DNA of 64,000 nt from Macrostomum lignano (taxonomy: Eukaryota), in the NCBI GenBank assembly GCA_002269645.1, contig NIVC01002547.1:98360-162359 (forward strand). Direction: 5' to 3'. The notes under the pieces were generated by a model. The model searched no databases, was not told the DNA's origin, and saw nothing but the letters and a program-made list of their open reading frames with translations. This document shows, piece by piece, positions 34,811 to 50,701 of the stretch. Each line of letters starts with the position of its first letter. The first letter of the stretch is position 1. Position numbers and translations under genes: made by a program.

Positions 34811-35074
34811 CATAGGGAAATACCACACAAAATCTTGTTTGCACAACAGGTGCACTCGGCGGTAAAACATTTTTTCACTTTCGTCGCTAACGACAAAATT
34901 TTATGCCCCCAAAGGCTATGCAGCTAGATAATGAGAGATTTCTATATGATATCGTCTGATCAAATAATTGGATGAAATTAATTCGTAACTCCCTAGTGCG
35001 CGCTGAAGGACTACTAAAGTATATACGTTGCTTTAGTTGTCCTTGTGCGCGCTTATACCACTACGAAGTACATA

Positions 35075-35808
35075 TGACAATCAAACTGTGAGCTTATGCC
35101 AGTCTGTGACAATCAAACTGTGAGCTTATGCCAGTCTGTGACAATCAAACTGTGAGCTTATGCCAGTCTGTGACAATCAAACTGTGAGCTTATGCCAGTG
35201 TGTGACAATCAAACTGTGAGCTTATGCCTGTGTGTGACAATCAAACTGTGAGCTTATGTCAGTGTGTGACAATCAAACTGTGAGCTTATGTCAGTGTGTG
35301 ACAATCAAACTGTGAGCTTATGTCAGTGTGTGACAATCAAACTGTGAGCTTATGCCTGTGTGTGACAATCAAACTGTGAGCTTATGCCAGTGTGTGACAA
35401 TCAAACTGTGAGCTTATGCCAGTCTGTGACAATCAAACTGTGAGCTTATGCCAGTGTGTGACAATCAAACTGTGAGCTTATGCCAGTCTGTGACAATCAA
35501 ACTGTGAGCTTATGCCAGTCTGTGACAATCAAACTGTGAGCTTATGCCAGTCTGTGACAATCAAACTGTGAGCTTATGCCAGTCTGTGACAATCAAACTG
35601 TGAGCTTATGCCAGTCTGTGACAATCAAACTGTGAGCTTATGCCAGTCTGTGACAATCAAACTGTGAGCTTATGCCAGTGTGTGACAATCAAACTGTGAG
35701 CTTATGCCTGTGTGTGACAATCAAACTGTGAGCTTATGTCAGTGTGTGACAATCAAACTGTGAGCTTAAGCCAGTCTGTGACAATTAAACTGTGAGCTTA
35801 TGCCTGTG
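35075..35808. repeat. 32-bp minisatellite
   Basis: Unit GACAATCAAACTGTGAGCTTATGCCAGTCTGT. Confidence 0.96.
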
Positions 35809-36100
35809 CACTCAACTCAGATTTAAGATGCACGCTTAACCAGGCATCAAAATTTAGCGCTTCAGGACCTCCAGAAAATTTACATGCTATGAGGACGCAT
35901 TCCGATTCAGGCCGAAAGTTTTATTGGCAGCCAAAGCGCCCGAATTCCGCAGCCAAATCAGGACATCAAGAAGCAAGAAATTTTTATTTTGTACTCAGTC
36001 AGTTTTCTGGTTGCTAAATATTTTACAGGGTAAAATATTTTACAGGTCTCGAATTCGAACCCCCTATGGACCGCAACCGGTTCACCGCTCGGCTGCCGCC

Positions 36101-39139
<3,039 letters not shown>

Positions 39140-39201
39140 CGATTTAATTTCCTTCTAGGAGCAAAGCTGTCGGGCTGGCAATGCTGGGTTCCCCAAGCAA
39201 A

Positions 39202-39208
39202 TTTTATA
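39202..39208 (-). promoter_or_regulatory. Candidate Phox2 TATA box
   Basis: Minus-strand TATAAAA about 63 nt upstream of the ATG. Confidence 0.45.
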
Positions 39209-39994
39209 AAGTCAGGAAAATACGAAGGACTCGCGCCCAGAGAAATTTTTGCCTGCTCCAGGGGGAAAAATTTCCCAGAGATCAAAGTGGGAAGGAGGGC
39301 GGGTGGGAGCCGGCGCGGAGGCCTCGAACTCGGGCCACCCCCCCCCAGCGGCCAATCGCTGATCCCGAGTTCGATGAGGCCGGCAGGCTGCGGCTCAGTG
39401 ACGCATCCCTCAATTAGTCAGAATGCGGCTGGCGGGCCGGGGACTTAATGCGATTAGGCCCAATCAAATATTTATCGAGCCCAGAGGCGCCGGGGACGAG
39501 CCGAGGCCCCTCTGCTCCTTTTGCAGCAGCGGCGGCGGCGGCAGCAGCAAATATTTTCGCTGGCCTGCTTTCACGTCTTTCTCCCAGCCTCTGCTCTTCA
39601 TCCCCATGAGTTCTTTCGGGCTGTCTTGGCCCGAATTAATGAGCGGCTGGCGGCCCGGCCGGCCGGAGAAACAACAGGCGGCCTCGCCCGCCCTAATCGA
39701 TGGGGACAGCGCGGCCGATGGAGCGGAGAATCCCCGCGCTGGGATGCGGGGGGGGCGCCTGGGGACTGACGAGCCATCCGTCACTGGCAGGCGGAGCCCC
39801 CGAGTTTGCACCGCCGAATTTCGCCCTGCTCGGCATCGATCGATTCCCTCAGCTCGGGCATTCATTTTTCGGAAGTTCATTTCGCTGTTTTAACTGCAGC
39901 TCTGGAATTAATCTGCTTCTAGCAGCATTGCTGTGGCTCGCTAAAAATGGTCACGGAAATCCGCCAAAAATTTAGTAGAATTCTCACTTGACTA

Positions 39995-40560
39995 TTCAGT
40001 CTGGAAGCCATTCACTGCATGCCACTGTGAGGAGGGCGTCGGGGTGGTGCTGGTGGTCAACGCGCGCAAGACAGAGGTGATGAACGTGGCCACTGACACC
40101 GCCCCGGCACTTGAGCTGCCCAACGGGGACAACATGCCTCGATACCTCAAATCGCTAGCCGGACTCCATCTTCTCCGACAGGAGGAATCAGGCCTGCTCA
40201 GGAATGTCTTCAACTCAGCTTGGAGGGACGGCCTGAAAGTGCACCTCTTTTGCGAGGCCATGGAGCCGATCCTCCTCCTCCTCCTCAGATGCGCTACGCC
40301 TTGGGCGTGCTCTACCTCAAGAGGTTGCCATCCATAGACCTGATGGGGCGCCGGCGTTCCAGACCTGAGCGTCTCCCTGCTGGTCTCCCACCAGATGCTG
40401 CTGGGCCACTGCCTCTGGAGTAGCGCCCGCGGAGACCAAGTCCCATTGGAGCTGGTCGTCCTGCACCAGGCGCACCAGCCGAAGCACCTAGCCAAGGGCG
40501 AACAGTGACGCTGACAGACTGTCTCAGCCCCCAGACCGCTCCTGTCTGTTTCGCAAGCTC
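39995..40560 (+). mobile_element. Decayed RTE-like non-LTR retrotransposon fragment (end of RT domain and C-terminus)
   Basis: VLVVNARKTEVM (RT end), LRNVFNSAWRDGLKVHLFCEAMEPILL, LLGHCL...KGRTVTLTDCL; frameshifted. Confidence 0.72.
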
Positions 40561-41804
40561 GCGTGCGCAAGAGCTCTCTAGTTTTTGCGTGTTTCTATCC
40601 ATCTATCTGGAAATCTGGAAAAGCAAAAGCATTGCGGCTCTAAGCGGACTCTTCTGCTCGGAATTTTGCTGGATCTTGAATGGGTCAAGGATAGCTGGAT
40701 GGATGGAATATGGATATGGTGAACTGGAGACTGAGGTCTCCCAGCTGTCACAATTCCAGGAAAGAGGCTCCAGACTCCCTCAACTCCGACTGCAAGGAAA
40801 ACCGCAGTCAATCAGAGAAGCTGCAGCCTCGTTAAGTTTGCAGGGCGCAGGGCGGAAGGCGCAAGCGAGGAGGAAGCAAGCAACATTTGGTGACCTCTGA
40901 GTACTCACTCGCATGCTCACGCGGAGTACTCAGCGCTTGGTTTCTGAAGCACAAAATAATAGAAAATAACAGCTCCAATCAGCAACTGCAGAGGAACTCA
41001 TGGCTATTAAATGGCAGAAAAGCCGTCTTCTTCATCCCATAAAACTCTGGGAGCGCTCAGCCTCCATGCCGCATCACAGACAGCCACTCAGCTGGATATT
41101 TGCCTGGCCACCTTCGCCCCAAGCCACTTTCCCTTTCTCGGTTGCTCAATCACCCAGCTGACATTGATCTGCGGCCAGATATGCGGGGGATGCCCGGCCT
41201 CCCCAATGAGCTGGCGGCCCCACGGCTTGTCCCAGCCAGCCAATTTCCTGCAACCCGACACTGCGGCCAGCCATCTGGGCGCCTAAAAACTGTGGCGCTG
41301 AATTGGGGCCGCGCGCAGTGATTAATGAGATGAAAATTGATTTTCACAGCCCATTGCCAGACTTCATCAGCGTTTTAGCGACTCTGCCGGCCAAATTATC
41401 CGTGAAAACTTCTGATGGGAGGAAAAACGGCGCCCCCCTCCCCCAGCCAAGAAATCGAGGCCTGCCAGGTCGAGTGGGGGGGGGCTGAGATGAGCAGCTG
41501 AGCGGTAGGAAATGGGCGGATCAATAATGCAGCAGCTCGGTCCGCCGCGCCCGGTGGAAATTTGGCTCCGCATGGAAACGGAAGGGGCGAGCGCTGCCGC
41601 TGCAGCTGGCCCTGGGGACCCGCAGTGCCTGTCAGCTGGTTCCCGGACACTTCCGCTGCTGTGTGCGGCCTGACAACTTCCGGTCTGCAAGGTGGTTGCT
41701 GGGCTGCACCATCACCGCACAGTTACTCTGCTGTCTTTATCGTCTTTGTTTGGATTGAAGTGCTGAAACAGAATTTGAGATTTTCCCAGTACTACTGACA
41801 ATTG

Positions 41805-42492
41805 TGAAGGCTATGGTTTGTGAAGGCTATGGTTTGTGAAGGCTATGGTTTGTGAAGGCTATGGTTTGTGAAGGCTATGGTTTGTGAAGGCTATGGTTTG
41901 TGAAGGCTATGGTTTGTGAAGGCTATGGTTTGTGAAGGCTATGGTTTGTGAAGGCTATGGTTTGTGAAGGCTATGGTTTGTGAAGGCTATGGTTTGTGAA
42001 GGCTATGGTTTGTGAAGGCTATGGTTTGTGAAGGCTATGGTTTGTGAAGGCTATGGTTTGTGAAGGCTATGGTTTGTGAAGGCTATGGTTTGTGAAGGCT
42101 ATGGTTTGTGAAGGCTATGGTTTGTGAAGGCTATGGTTTGTGAAGGCTATGGTTTGTGAAGGCTATGGTTTGTGAAGGCTATGGTTTGTGAAGGCTATGA
42201 TTTGTGAAGGCTATGGTTTGTGAAGGCTATGGTTTGTGAAGGCTATGGTTTGTGAAGGCTATATGGTTTGTGAAGGCTATATGGTTTGTGAAGGCTATGG
42301 TTTGTGAAGGCTATGGTTTGTGAACGCTATGGTTTGTGAACGCTATGGTTTGTGAAGGCTATGGTTTGTGAAGGCTATATGGTTTGTGAAGGCTATGGTT
42401 TGTGAAGGCTATATGGTTTGTGAAGGCTATGGTTTGTGAAGGCTATATGGTTTGTGAAGGCTATATGGTTTGTGAAGGCTATGGTTTGTGAA
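41805..42492. repeat. 16-bp minisatellite
   Basis: Unit GTGAAGGCTATGGTTT. Confidence 0.97.
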
Positions 42493-43064
42493 GTCCGTCC
42501 GTCTGTCTTTCTGCCTCCTCCATGCTTTTTCTTCTTTCCGTCTCTAATATCCCCAATCAGCACAACAGTGCTTCTGCTATCCTTATTGCCAAGGACGGAA
42601 CCCGAGAGCGACTCTCCTGTTTATTTGCCGTCTTAACAACATCAACGTCCCGTTCGTCCATACATGTAAACGTGGCTGCTGCCGTAATCACAGGCCGACT
42701 AAATTAGTAGAGCTAAACGGTCAAAAGCGTTGAGGCAATACTTGCTGCGCTTGTATTCTACTTTCAGCAGTAGAATAAACATTTCCGCTAATATTTAAAT
42801 CTCATTGTTAGGATTTTTCATTCACTACTGGGACGCCGTCATGTTCTTAAAATTATTTTTGAAATACCTGTGATTTCCTCATTTTTTTAATTGTCAATCA
42901 GTGCTTCGAGTAAAATAAAAAGCGGAAAAACTGCTCAACCATCTATGTAGTCAAGCAGAACTCGGTTATTTAGAGCCTTAATCTCAAGCTCAGTTTATTA
43001 ATATTAAATGAATCGAGCCTCAACCCTCGTAACAACGGCCCATCAGCTCCAGCTCGGCTTCAGC

Positions 43065-43541
43065 CTAGCGGCGACGCCTCCTCCGCCGAGCAGCCTCGCC
43101 CAGGCGGGACTCCATGAACTGGCAGTAGGCGCCCTCGGCATCGGCCTGCGGGCACATCCGGAACGAGCTGGTGTAGCCGCCGCCGGCCTCGCAAGTGACC
43201 CGGTTGCAGCCATCGAAGTAACTGAAGCCGCTGCCGCGACGACTGCAGACGCTGGCGGCCTCCAGGTTGCTGCAGGAGAACGGGCCCAGCCGCTCGAAGA
43301 TGGCGGACGCCCTGCCGCGGCACTCACGGCGCTCCTCGGCAGACTGCGGCCGCGGGCACCAGCGCATGGTAGTGGTGTACTGCCCGCTGCCTGTGCACTC
43401 CACCCCGTTGCAGCCGTCGTTGTACTCGAAGCCCTCTCTGGCCGCGGAGCACACAGACTCCGGGTCCAGCTGCGGGCAGCGCAGGCCTGACACGGTCAGA
43501 ACCAAGGCCGCGCCGATCAGGAGAATCACGGAGGACGCCAT
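43065..43541 (-). CDS. Small secreted Cys-rich protein with two pacifastin-like repeats and a poly-Arg tail, 158 aa
   Basis: Signal peptide MASSVILLIGAALVLTVSG; two repeats C-x8-C-x12-CN-xVxC-x12-CP (DGCN motif); GC-rich codon bias; ends RRRRRRR*. Confidence 0.8.
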   Translation of the reverse strand: MASSVILLIGAALVLTVSGLRCPQLDPESVCSAAREGFEYNDGCNGVECTGSGQYTTTMRWCPRPQSAEERRECRGRASAIFERLGPFSCSNLEAASVCSRRGSGFSYFDGCNRVTCEAGGGYTSSFRMCPQADAEGAYCQFMESRLGEAARRRRRRR

Positions 43542-44495
43542 TTGGTTGCTGGGTGACAACTAAATTTTGATAACTATGCTAAGTTCGAGCTCGGCAAACC
43601 GATACGGCTTTGCAGTTGCTGTAAAACTGCGCATTTATAGGCAATGCTCTGCTGTTTCCCGGCTGTAAAGCTGTCAGCCCGACCAGGCTTCCGGTGCCGC
43701 AGAGCCGCCTGCTTTAATTGATAGCGCGGCGAACCCGAACGCCGAAACGATAGGAATGGAGCAGCTTTGCTAGACACGTTTGAAAACGAATTGTCTAAGC
43801 GTTTTGCTGTCCATTTAGGCTAAAAATGACAAACTGCTTTTGCGGGCCGGATAAACAACGAAATGTTTTTTCAACAGGAAATTGCTCTTTTAAAACTAAT
43901 TGGCCTGAAGCCATTCCGCAGCAGAATTGGTTTTGTTGCCTCTCCACCTACTTTGGCCTCATCTGCTGATTCGATGCCGGTCCTGGGCGAAATCTGAATA
44001 GGAAAAAAGCTGGTTGGAACAATTTGCTCTCAATATTTAGACAAATAAAATTTATCACTTTATTCGAGAGCTGAGCCCAAACAAATTTTGCAAAAATTTT
44101 AACAGCTTTACGAATTAATCTTTAATCGCTCGATGCGAGTTGAAGATGATTTTTATAGGTAGAGTCAAGTATTTCATTGATCAGCCAAGGGATCTACCTC
44201 GGCTTACACAGAAAACTCTAACAGTACTCGTACAACTACGGGGGGGGGGGACAACAGGGTGCCCATAGTCACCTAGCGCCACCTGCAACTCCACCAAGCC
44301 CAAATCATGGGCCTCTTAATAGCCTCTGGACTGACCTTATATGAAAGCAACCTTCTAAGCCAGTGAAAACTAGTGTGTTGCATCAGTGCTTCATCAGCTC
44401 AATAGGTTTCAATATTCAATTTATTTCACCAGAGCAGATATTTTTTATTGGAAATTGGGATCACTGTTTCTTCCCGGCGCTGGCGCCCCTGGTTC

Positions 44496-45477
44496 TAAAG
44501 CCTCCTCAATAGCTAATAAAGATCTTGCCTGCAGGGGAGCTAAAGCCTCCTCAATAGCTAATAAAGATCTTGTCTGCAGGAGAGCTAAAGCCTCCTCAAT
44601 AGCTAAAAAAGATCTTGCCTGCAGGAGAGCTAAAGCCTCCTCAATAGCTAATAAAGATCTTGCCTGCAGGAGAGCTAAGCCTCCTCAATAGCTAATAAAG
44701 ATCTTGTCTGCAGGAGAGCTAAAGCCTCCTCAATAGCTAATAAAGATCTTGCCTGCAGGAGAGCTAAAGCCTCCTCAATAGCTAATAAAGATCTTGCCTG
44801 CAGGAGAGCTAAGCCTCCTCAATAGCTAATAAAGATCTTGCCTGCAGGGGAGCTAAAGCCTCCTCAATAGCTAATAAAGATCTTGCCTGCAGGGGAGCTA
44901 AAGCCTCCTCAATAGCTAATAAAGATCCTGCCTGCAGGGGAGCTAAAGCCTCCTCAATAGCTAATAAAGATCTTGCCTGCAGGGGAGCTAAAGCCTCCTC
45001 AATAGCTAATAAAGATCTTGCCTGCAGGAGAGCTAAAGCCTCCTCAATAGCTAATAAAGATCTTGCCTGCAGGGGAGCTAAAGCCTCCTCAATAGCTAAT
45101 AAAGATCCTGCCTGCAGGGGAGCTAAAGCCTCCTCAATAGCTAATAAAGATCCTGCCTGCAGGGGAGCTAAAGCCTCCTCAATAGCTAATAAAGATCCTG
45201 CCTGCAGGGGAGCTAAAGCCTCCTCAATAGATAATAAAGATCCTGCCTGCAGGGGAGCTAAAGCCTCCTCAATAGCTAATAAAGATCCTGCCTGCAGGGG
45301 AGCTAAAGCCTCCTCAATAGCTAATAAAGATCCTGCCTGCAGGGGAGCTAAAGCCTCCTCAATAGCTAATAAAGATCCTGCCTGCAGGGGAGCTAAAGCC
45401 TCCTCAATAGCTAATAAAGATCCTGCCTGCAGGAGAGCTAAAGCCTCCTCAATAGCCAATAAAGATCCTGCCTGCAT
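44496..45477. repeat. 45-bp minisatellite, about 22 copies
   Basis: Unit GCTAAAGCCTCCTCAATAGCTAATAAAGATCTTGCCTGCAGGGGA. Confidence 0.97.
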
Positions 45478-46723
45478 GAGAGAAGCAGCCACTTTTCACA
45501 GATCCAGAAGCTTCATCAGAGCTGATGCAGACGACGTGGCAGACTGTTGGCTGATTGGCGCACAGGAATGTGTTGAATACACTGACGCTTGGAAAGATTT
45601 CGAAATTCTGGTTTCTGGCAGAATCGTTGAATATCTCGACTGTCCGGAGGGCTGGCGACTTGATTCTTGTTTGAGAAGGTGCGCAACAAAAAGTGAGCCC
45701 GTGTTCTCGAACTTCGTGGGCCTGCGTTGCCCTGTTACAGCGCAGCAAAACATTGTTAGGGGGGATTCCCGGGCGGAAAATGGCTTGTATTCCTACTGTT
45801 AAACCGTAAACAAGGCACGCTTCTAGGTTTCTCACAGTACCCTCGCATATAGAATTTTGTTAGCCTGAGAAAACCAAGTTTTAAAAGCAATCCTTGTTTA
45901 GAAAATCGGGTGCACAGCTATATTTCCGAGAATTCGTGATTAGCAGGCTGCTCCTTTAAGCTTGCTATCTACTGAGTGCAAATAAGCGAGTTTCCAGATG
46001 ATGGCTTGAAGTTCCAAAAGGACTAAACACGAGCCCGAGTACAATTCCTCAAGCAGCAGAAAAAGGGAGAGCTTGGTGGGACGGACCGCAACTTTAAAGG
46101 CGAGTGCCACTGTACTTCACTGGGTCCGAAAGCTACACTGTAACGGGAGTCATGTACTTTTGCGAGTCTCCCCTACCCTCCTTGCCCCCCTTCGTGGCAT
46201 GCTGATCATCAGTTTAAATTTAAGCAAAGGTAATATTGTCGCCAGATGGAAGACCAAATGCAAGAGGAAAGCTTCTCAATGCAATGCAATGCTTTGCTAT
46301 ATTAAATAAGGCAAAATGATGCAACACAGCGGGTCCTGGGCAGCGTAAAAATACGGGCTGCACATCAATATCGCAAAACGACCGCAATTTGGGAGAATTC
46401 TTTTATTTTCCTTACGAGCTCGTAGCAACGAAGCAAATTGATCTGCTTCAAACAAAGCACACCCTGCATCGACTTTCTATGTAGCGGCGATTCTCTCACT
46501 GCAGAGACAAAATTGGAAGAAAAAACAGCGGGAAAATACTAAATAGTGAAAAAGGTGAAAAGTGTAAATAATTGGCAACTACAAGTAGCTACAGCGCCAG
46601 GCAAATGCAACTTGAGTCTGCGCTGCCAAACAGACAGGCGCAGATTTAACAGGCAGCAGAAAATATGTTTGAGTAAAATTACAGTGGGTAAAATGCGAAA
46701 TTTTAACCAGCATCAAAATGGAC

Positions 46724-47101
46724 AGCAGAGCCGATACGCACTGAACTCAGCAGAGCCGATACTCACTGAACTCAGCAGAGCCGATACTCACTGAACTCAG
46801 CAGAGCCGATACTCACTGAACTCAGCAGAGCCGATACTCACTGAACTCAGCAGAGCCGATACTCACTGAACTCAGCAGAGCCGATACTCACTGAACTCAG
46901 CAGAGCCGATACTCACTGAACTCAGCAGAGCCGATACTCACTGAACTCAGCAGAGCCGATACTCACTGAACTCAGCAGAGCCGATACTCACTGAACTCAG
47001 CAGAGCCGATACTCACTGAACTCAGCAGAGCCGATACTCACTGAACTCAGCAGAGCCGATACTCACTAAACTCAGCAGAGCCGATACTCACTGAACTCAG
47101 C
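46724..47101. repeat. 25-bp minisatellite
   Basis: Unit CTGAACTCAGCAGAGCCGATACTCA. Confidence 0.96.
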
Positions 47102-47160
47102 TACTGATTTTCAACTTCCATTTCGGCAGGTATTTAGGTTAATAACTGAAGTCAATATTA

Positions 47161-49788
47161 TTAGTAGTCCCCGGCAGACAGGCGGATCTGGGTCCGGTGG
47201 AAGCCGAACATATGCGGGTCGCGGGTGAACATGACTGCGAGCCAGGCCGCGTGCATCCGGCAGTTCTTCAGCTCCAGCACAGCCAGCCAGGGACAGGCCT
47301 CAGCAATCATGGGCAGTGCCACCGGGCCCAGCAGGCGGCTGGAGTGCAGCTCGAGGTGGCGCAGGCCCCTGACAGCCGGAGTGTCGCACAAGTTGGCCAG
47401 CGCCTCATCAGTGAGGCTGCGGCACTGGTGCAGATGCAGCTCGTGTAGATCCGGCCACGAGTCCGCCGGGATCCGCAGATTTGACAGGCCCTGCCAGGCC
47501 CGGGAGGTCAAACCGCTGCAGTCGGCCAGGCGAAGGCAGCGCAGGCGGGGCAGCTGGGTGAGCAGAGCCGGCAGCAGCTCGTCATGGCAGGGCAGATCGA
47601 CGGTCAGGTGGGTCAGGTCTGGGGCATCAAAGTGGAATAAGTTTTCTTACTGATCTGTGCATTGGAGCTCCGCAAACAGAAAGTTATTCAGCCATTTTAC
47701 TCAACGCGTTCGTCAGTCCGCCGTCTTTAAGGTCATTAATAACAGTTTGAAGCTTGATGTATTCAGCTACCTCACCCCAACAGTCTGCTCTTCTACTGTA
47801 GCTCCCCTACCCCTACAGCCTGCAGTTCTTCTGTAGCTCCCCTACCCCTACAGCCTGCTCTTCTTCTGTAGCTCCCCTACCCCTACAGCTGCAGTTTTTC
47901 TGTAGCTCCCCTACCCCTACAGCCTGCTCTTCTACTGTAGCTCCCCTACCCCTACAGCCTGCAGTTCTTCTGTAGCTCCCCTACCCCTACAGCCTGCAGT
48001 TCTTCTGTAGCTCCCCTACCCCTACAGCCTGCAGTTCTTCTGTAGCTCCCCTACCCCTACAGCCTGCTCTTCTACTGTAGCTCCCCTACCCCTACAGCTG
48101 CAGTTCTTCTGTAGCTCCCCTACCCCTACAGCCTGCTCTTCTACTGTAGCTCCCCTACCCCTACAGCCTGCAGTTCTTCTGTAGCTCCCCTACCCCTACA
48201 GCCTGCTGTTCTTCTGTAGCTCCCCTACTCCTACAGCCTGCAGTTCTTCTGTAGCTCCCCTACCCCTACAGCTGCAGTTCTTCTGTAGCTCCCCTACCCC
48301 TACAGCCTGCTCTTCTACTGTAGCTCCCCTACCCCTACAGCCTGCAGTTCTTCTGTAGCTCCCCTACCCCTACAGCCTGCTGTTCTTCTGTAGCTCCCCT
48401 ACTCCTACAGCCTGCAGTTCTTCTGTAGCTCCCCTACCCCTACAGCCTGCAGTTCTTCTGTAGCTCCCCTACCCCTACAGCTGCAGTTCTTCTGTAGCTC
48501 CCCTACTCCTACAGCCTGCAGTTCTTCTGTAGGCTGCGCAGCCACTCCAGCCCGCTGCTCACCCCGGCAGGTGGCCAAGCCAGCCCGCAGTCCCAGGCCG
48601 GTGACACCGAACGGCCAGCCGTTGGAGCTCAACAGCAGCTTCTTCAGACCTGACGGCAGGGGCTGGCTGGCCAAGTCGGCGTCCCTGAGACCCGGCCAGG
48701 CGGGGCCAGTCAGCTCCAGCTCAGTCAGGGTGGCCACCCCGCTAGCCAGCAAGTAGCCCTCGGCGCCCAGTTGCTGGCAGTTTCTCAGTCGGAGGCTCAG
48801 CAGTCCCGGCCAGGCGGTGAGCAGAGCTCGGAGGCCCCTGGCTGATAGGGGGCTGCACTGCTCCAGCTGCAGGCTGCGTAGGCGGCAGCCGCTACGGCGA
48901 ACAGCAGCTGGAATTCCGCTGGCAGCCAGCTGATCAGTAATGGCAAGCAGCCTCTCAGACAGCTCCTGTAGGCTCGGCAGGCCGCTGATTGCAGCCAGCA
49001 GGTCTGCAAGCGAATATGAGAATCCGAAGTTGAAGCTCGCTGCCTGCCTGTGCTAGCAGTGCAAAAAGCCCAATGTAGGCGCAATCGCAGCAAGACTCAC
49101 CGGATTCCGTAGCGGAGGCCACGTCCAGACACACCAGGTTGGTGCAGTTAGGCCAGTTCTCCGACACGGCGGCAGCCACGGGCCGCGAGCTTTCTAAGAA
49201 ATTCGGGAGTCTCAGCGAAGTCAGACTGGCCAGCAGCTTGCAGAACGGCTGCGCGCAGGCAGCTGCGTCGGAGAACACCGTCGAGCTCAGGAACAGCTTG
49301 CGCTCATCGTCGAGCTCTAGGTGGTCAAGGCGCGGGCAACCGGTCAGCAGGCCGGACAGCGTGTCCGGTGTCAGCAAGCTGTCGCAGTCGAGCACGCGGA
49401 GGCAGCGTAGACGCGGACAGCCTTTGACGGCTGCAATCAGCGGGTTGCCCTCAGCGTAGTATTCGCAGTGCTCAGAGCGCAGCGTCAGCAGCTGCAGCCT
49501 GGGACAGTCGGCCAGAACAATGTTCAGATCGATGGAGCCATCTGACACCACCTGAACCAAAGTCGGAGACAGCCAGCGAGACAGCCGTGATGCCACGCCG
49601 GGCTTACCGAGACAGTCGTAGTAGAGGTGCAGTCGGCGCCACACCAGCGGCTGCATGACCAGCTCGTGCCAGGCGCGGCTCACAAGGGCGCACTTCATGC
49701 GACTGGGCTGGTCCAGCTCGGACAGAATGCGGATCATCAGCGCCTGCGGCAGCTGTTCAGAGGGGTCTCGACCGCCTCTGCGAACCAT
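47161..49788 (-). CDS. F-box/LRR-repeat (FBXL-type) protein, 3 exons, 528 aa
   Basis: Exons 49101-49788, 48563-49003 and 47161-47618 total 1587 nt with phase-1 GT-AG junctions. N-terminal F-box LPQALMIRILSELDQPSRMKCALVSRAW; Cys-containing LRRs (CPRLxxLxLxxC). Confidence 0.87.
47770..48531. repeat. 35-bp intronic minisatellite
   Basis: Unit TGTAGCTCCCCTACCCCTACAGCCTGCAGTTCTTC. Confidence 0.96.
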
Positions 49789-49845
49789 GGGTTATGATTA
49801 TATGTACACCTGGTATGATATACTGACAGCAGGGAGTTTAACGAC

Positions 49846-50445
49846 TGTGATAGGGTGATGGTGACAGGGTGATGGTGACAGGGTGATGGTGAGAGGGTGA
49901 TGGTGACAGGGTGATGGTGATAGGGTGATGGTGACAGGGTGATGGTGATAGGGTGATGGTGATAGGGTGATGGTGACAGGGTGATGGTGACAGGGTGATG
50001 GTGATAGGGTGATGGTGATAGGGTGATGGTGACAGGGTGATGGTGATAGGGTGATGGTGACAGGGTGATGGTGATAGGGTGATGGTGACAGGGTGATGGT
50101 GACAGGGTGATGGTGACAGGGTGATGGTGACAGGGTGATGGTGACAGGGTGATGGTGATAGGGTGATGGTGACAGGGTGATGGTGAGAGGGTGATGGTGA
50201 CAGGGTGATGGTGATACGGTGATGGTGACAGGATGATGGTGACAGGGTGATGGTGACAAGGTGATGGTGACAGGGTGATGGTGATAGGGTGATGGTGACA
50301 GGGTGATGGTGATAGGGTGATGGTGACAGGGTGATGGTGATACGGTGATGGTGACAGGATGATGGTGACAGGGTGATGGTGACAGGGTGATGGTGACAGG
50401 GTGATGGTGACAGGATGATGGTGATACGGTGATGGTGACAGGATG
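49846..50445. repeat. 14-bp minisatellite
   Basis: Unit GGTGA(C/T)AGGGTGAT. Confidence 0.96.
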
Positions 50446-50701
50446 ATGCTTGGATGGTGCTGCTTCGATATAGAAGTTAGCACGAAATGAGTGAATCAAT
50501 CGATTCAATATAATGCGATTCCAAGACGGACAGTAATTTAAGAACCTGAAGTCTTGCTCGATGGGCTCTGATTCCGGTTTAAGATTATTAATATTCGGTT
50601 AGATCACGGAGCAAAGACCCAGGAAAAATTACACTGAGTAAATAAACCATGATTTGTTGAAATTCAGAAGGCGATATCAGGAAACAAAAATGGCTCCAAA
50701 A

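Noticed and set aside
44270-44288. CTCF-like motif GCAGGTGGCGCT on the minus strand
   Set aside because: A single short match with no supporting context.
45449-45835. Overlapping 85-128-aa ORFs
   Set aside because: No recognisable domain, splice context or consistent codon bias.
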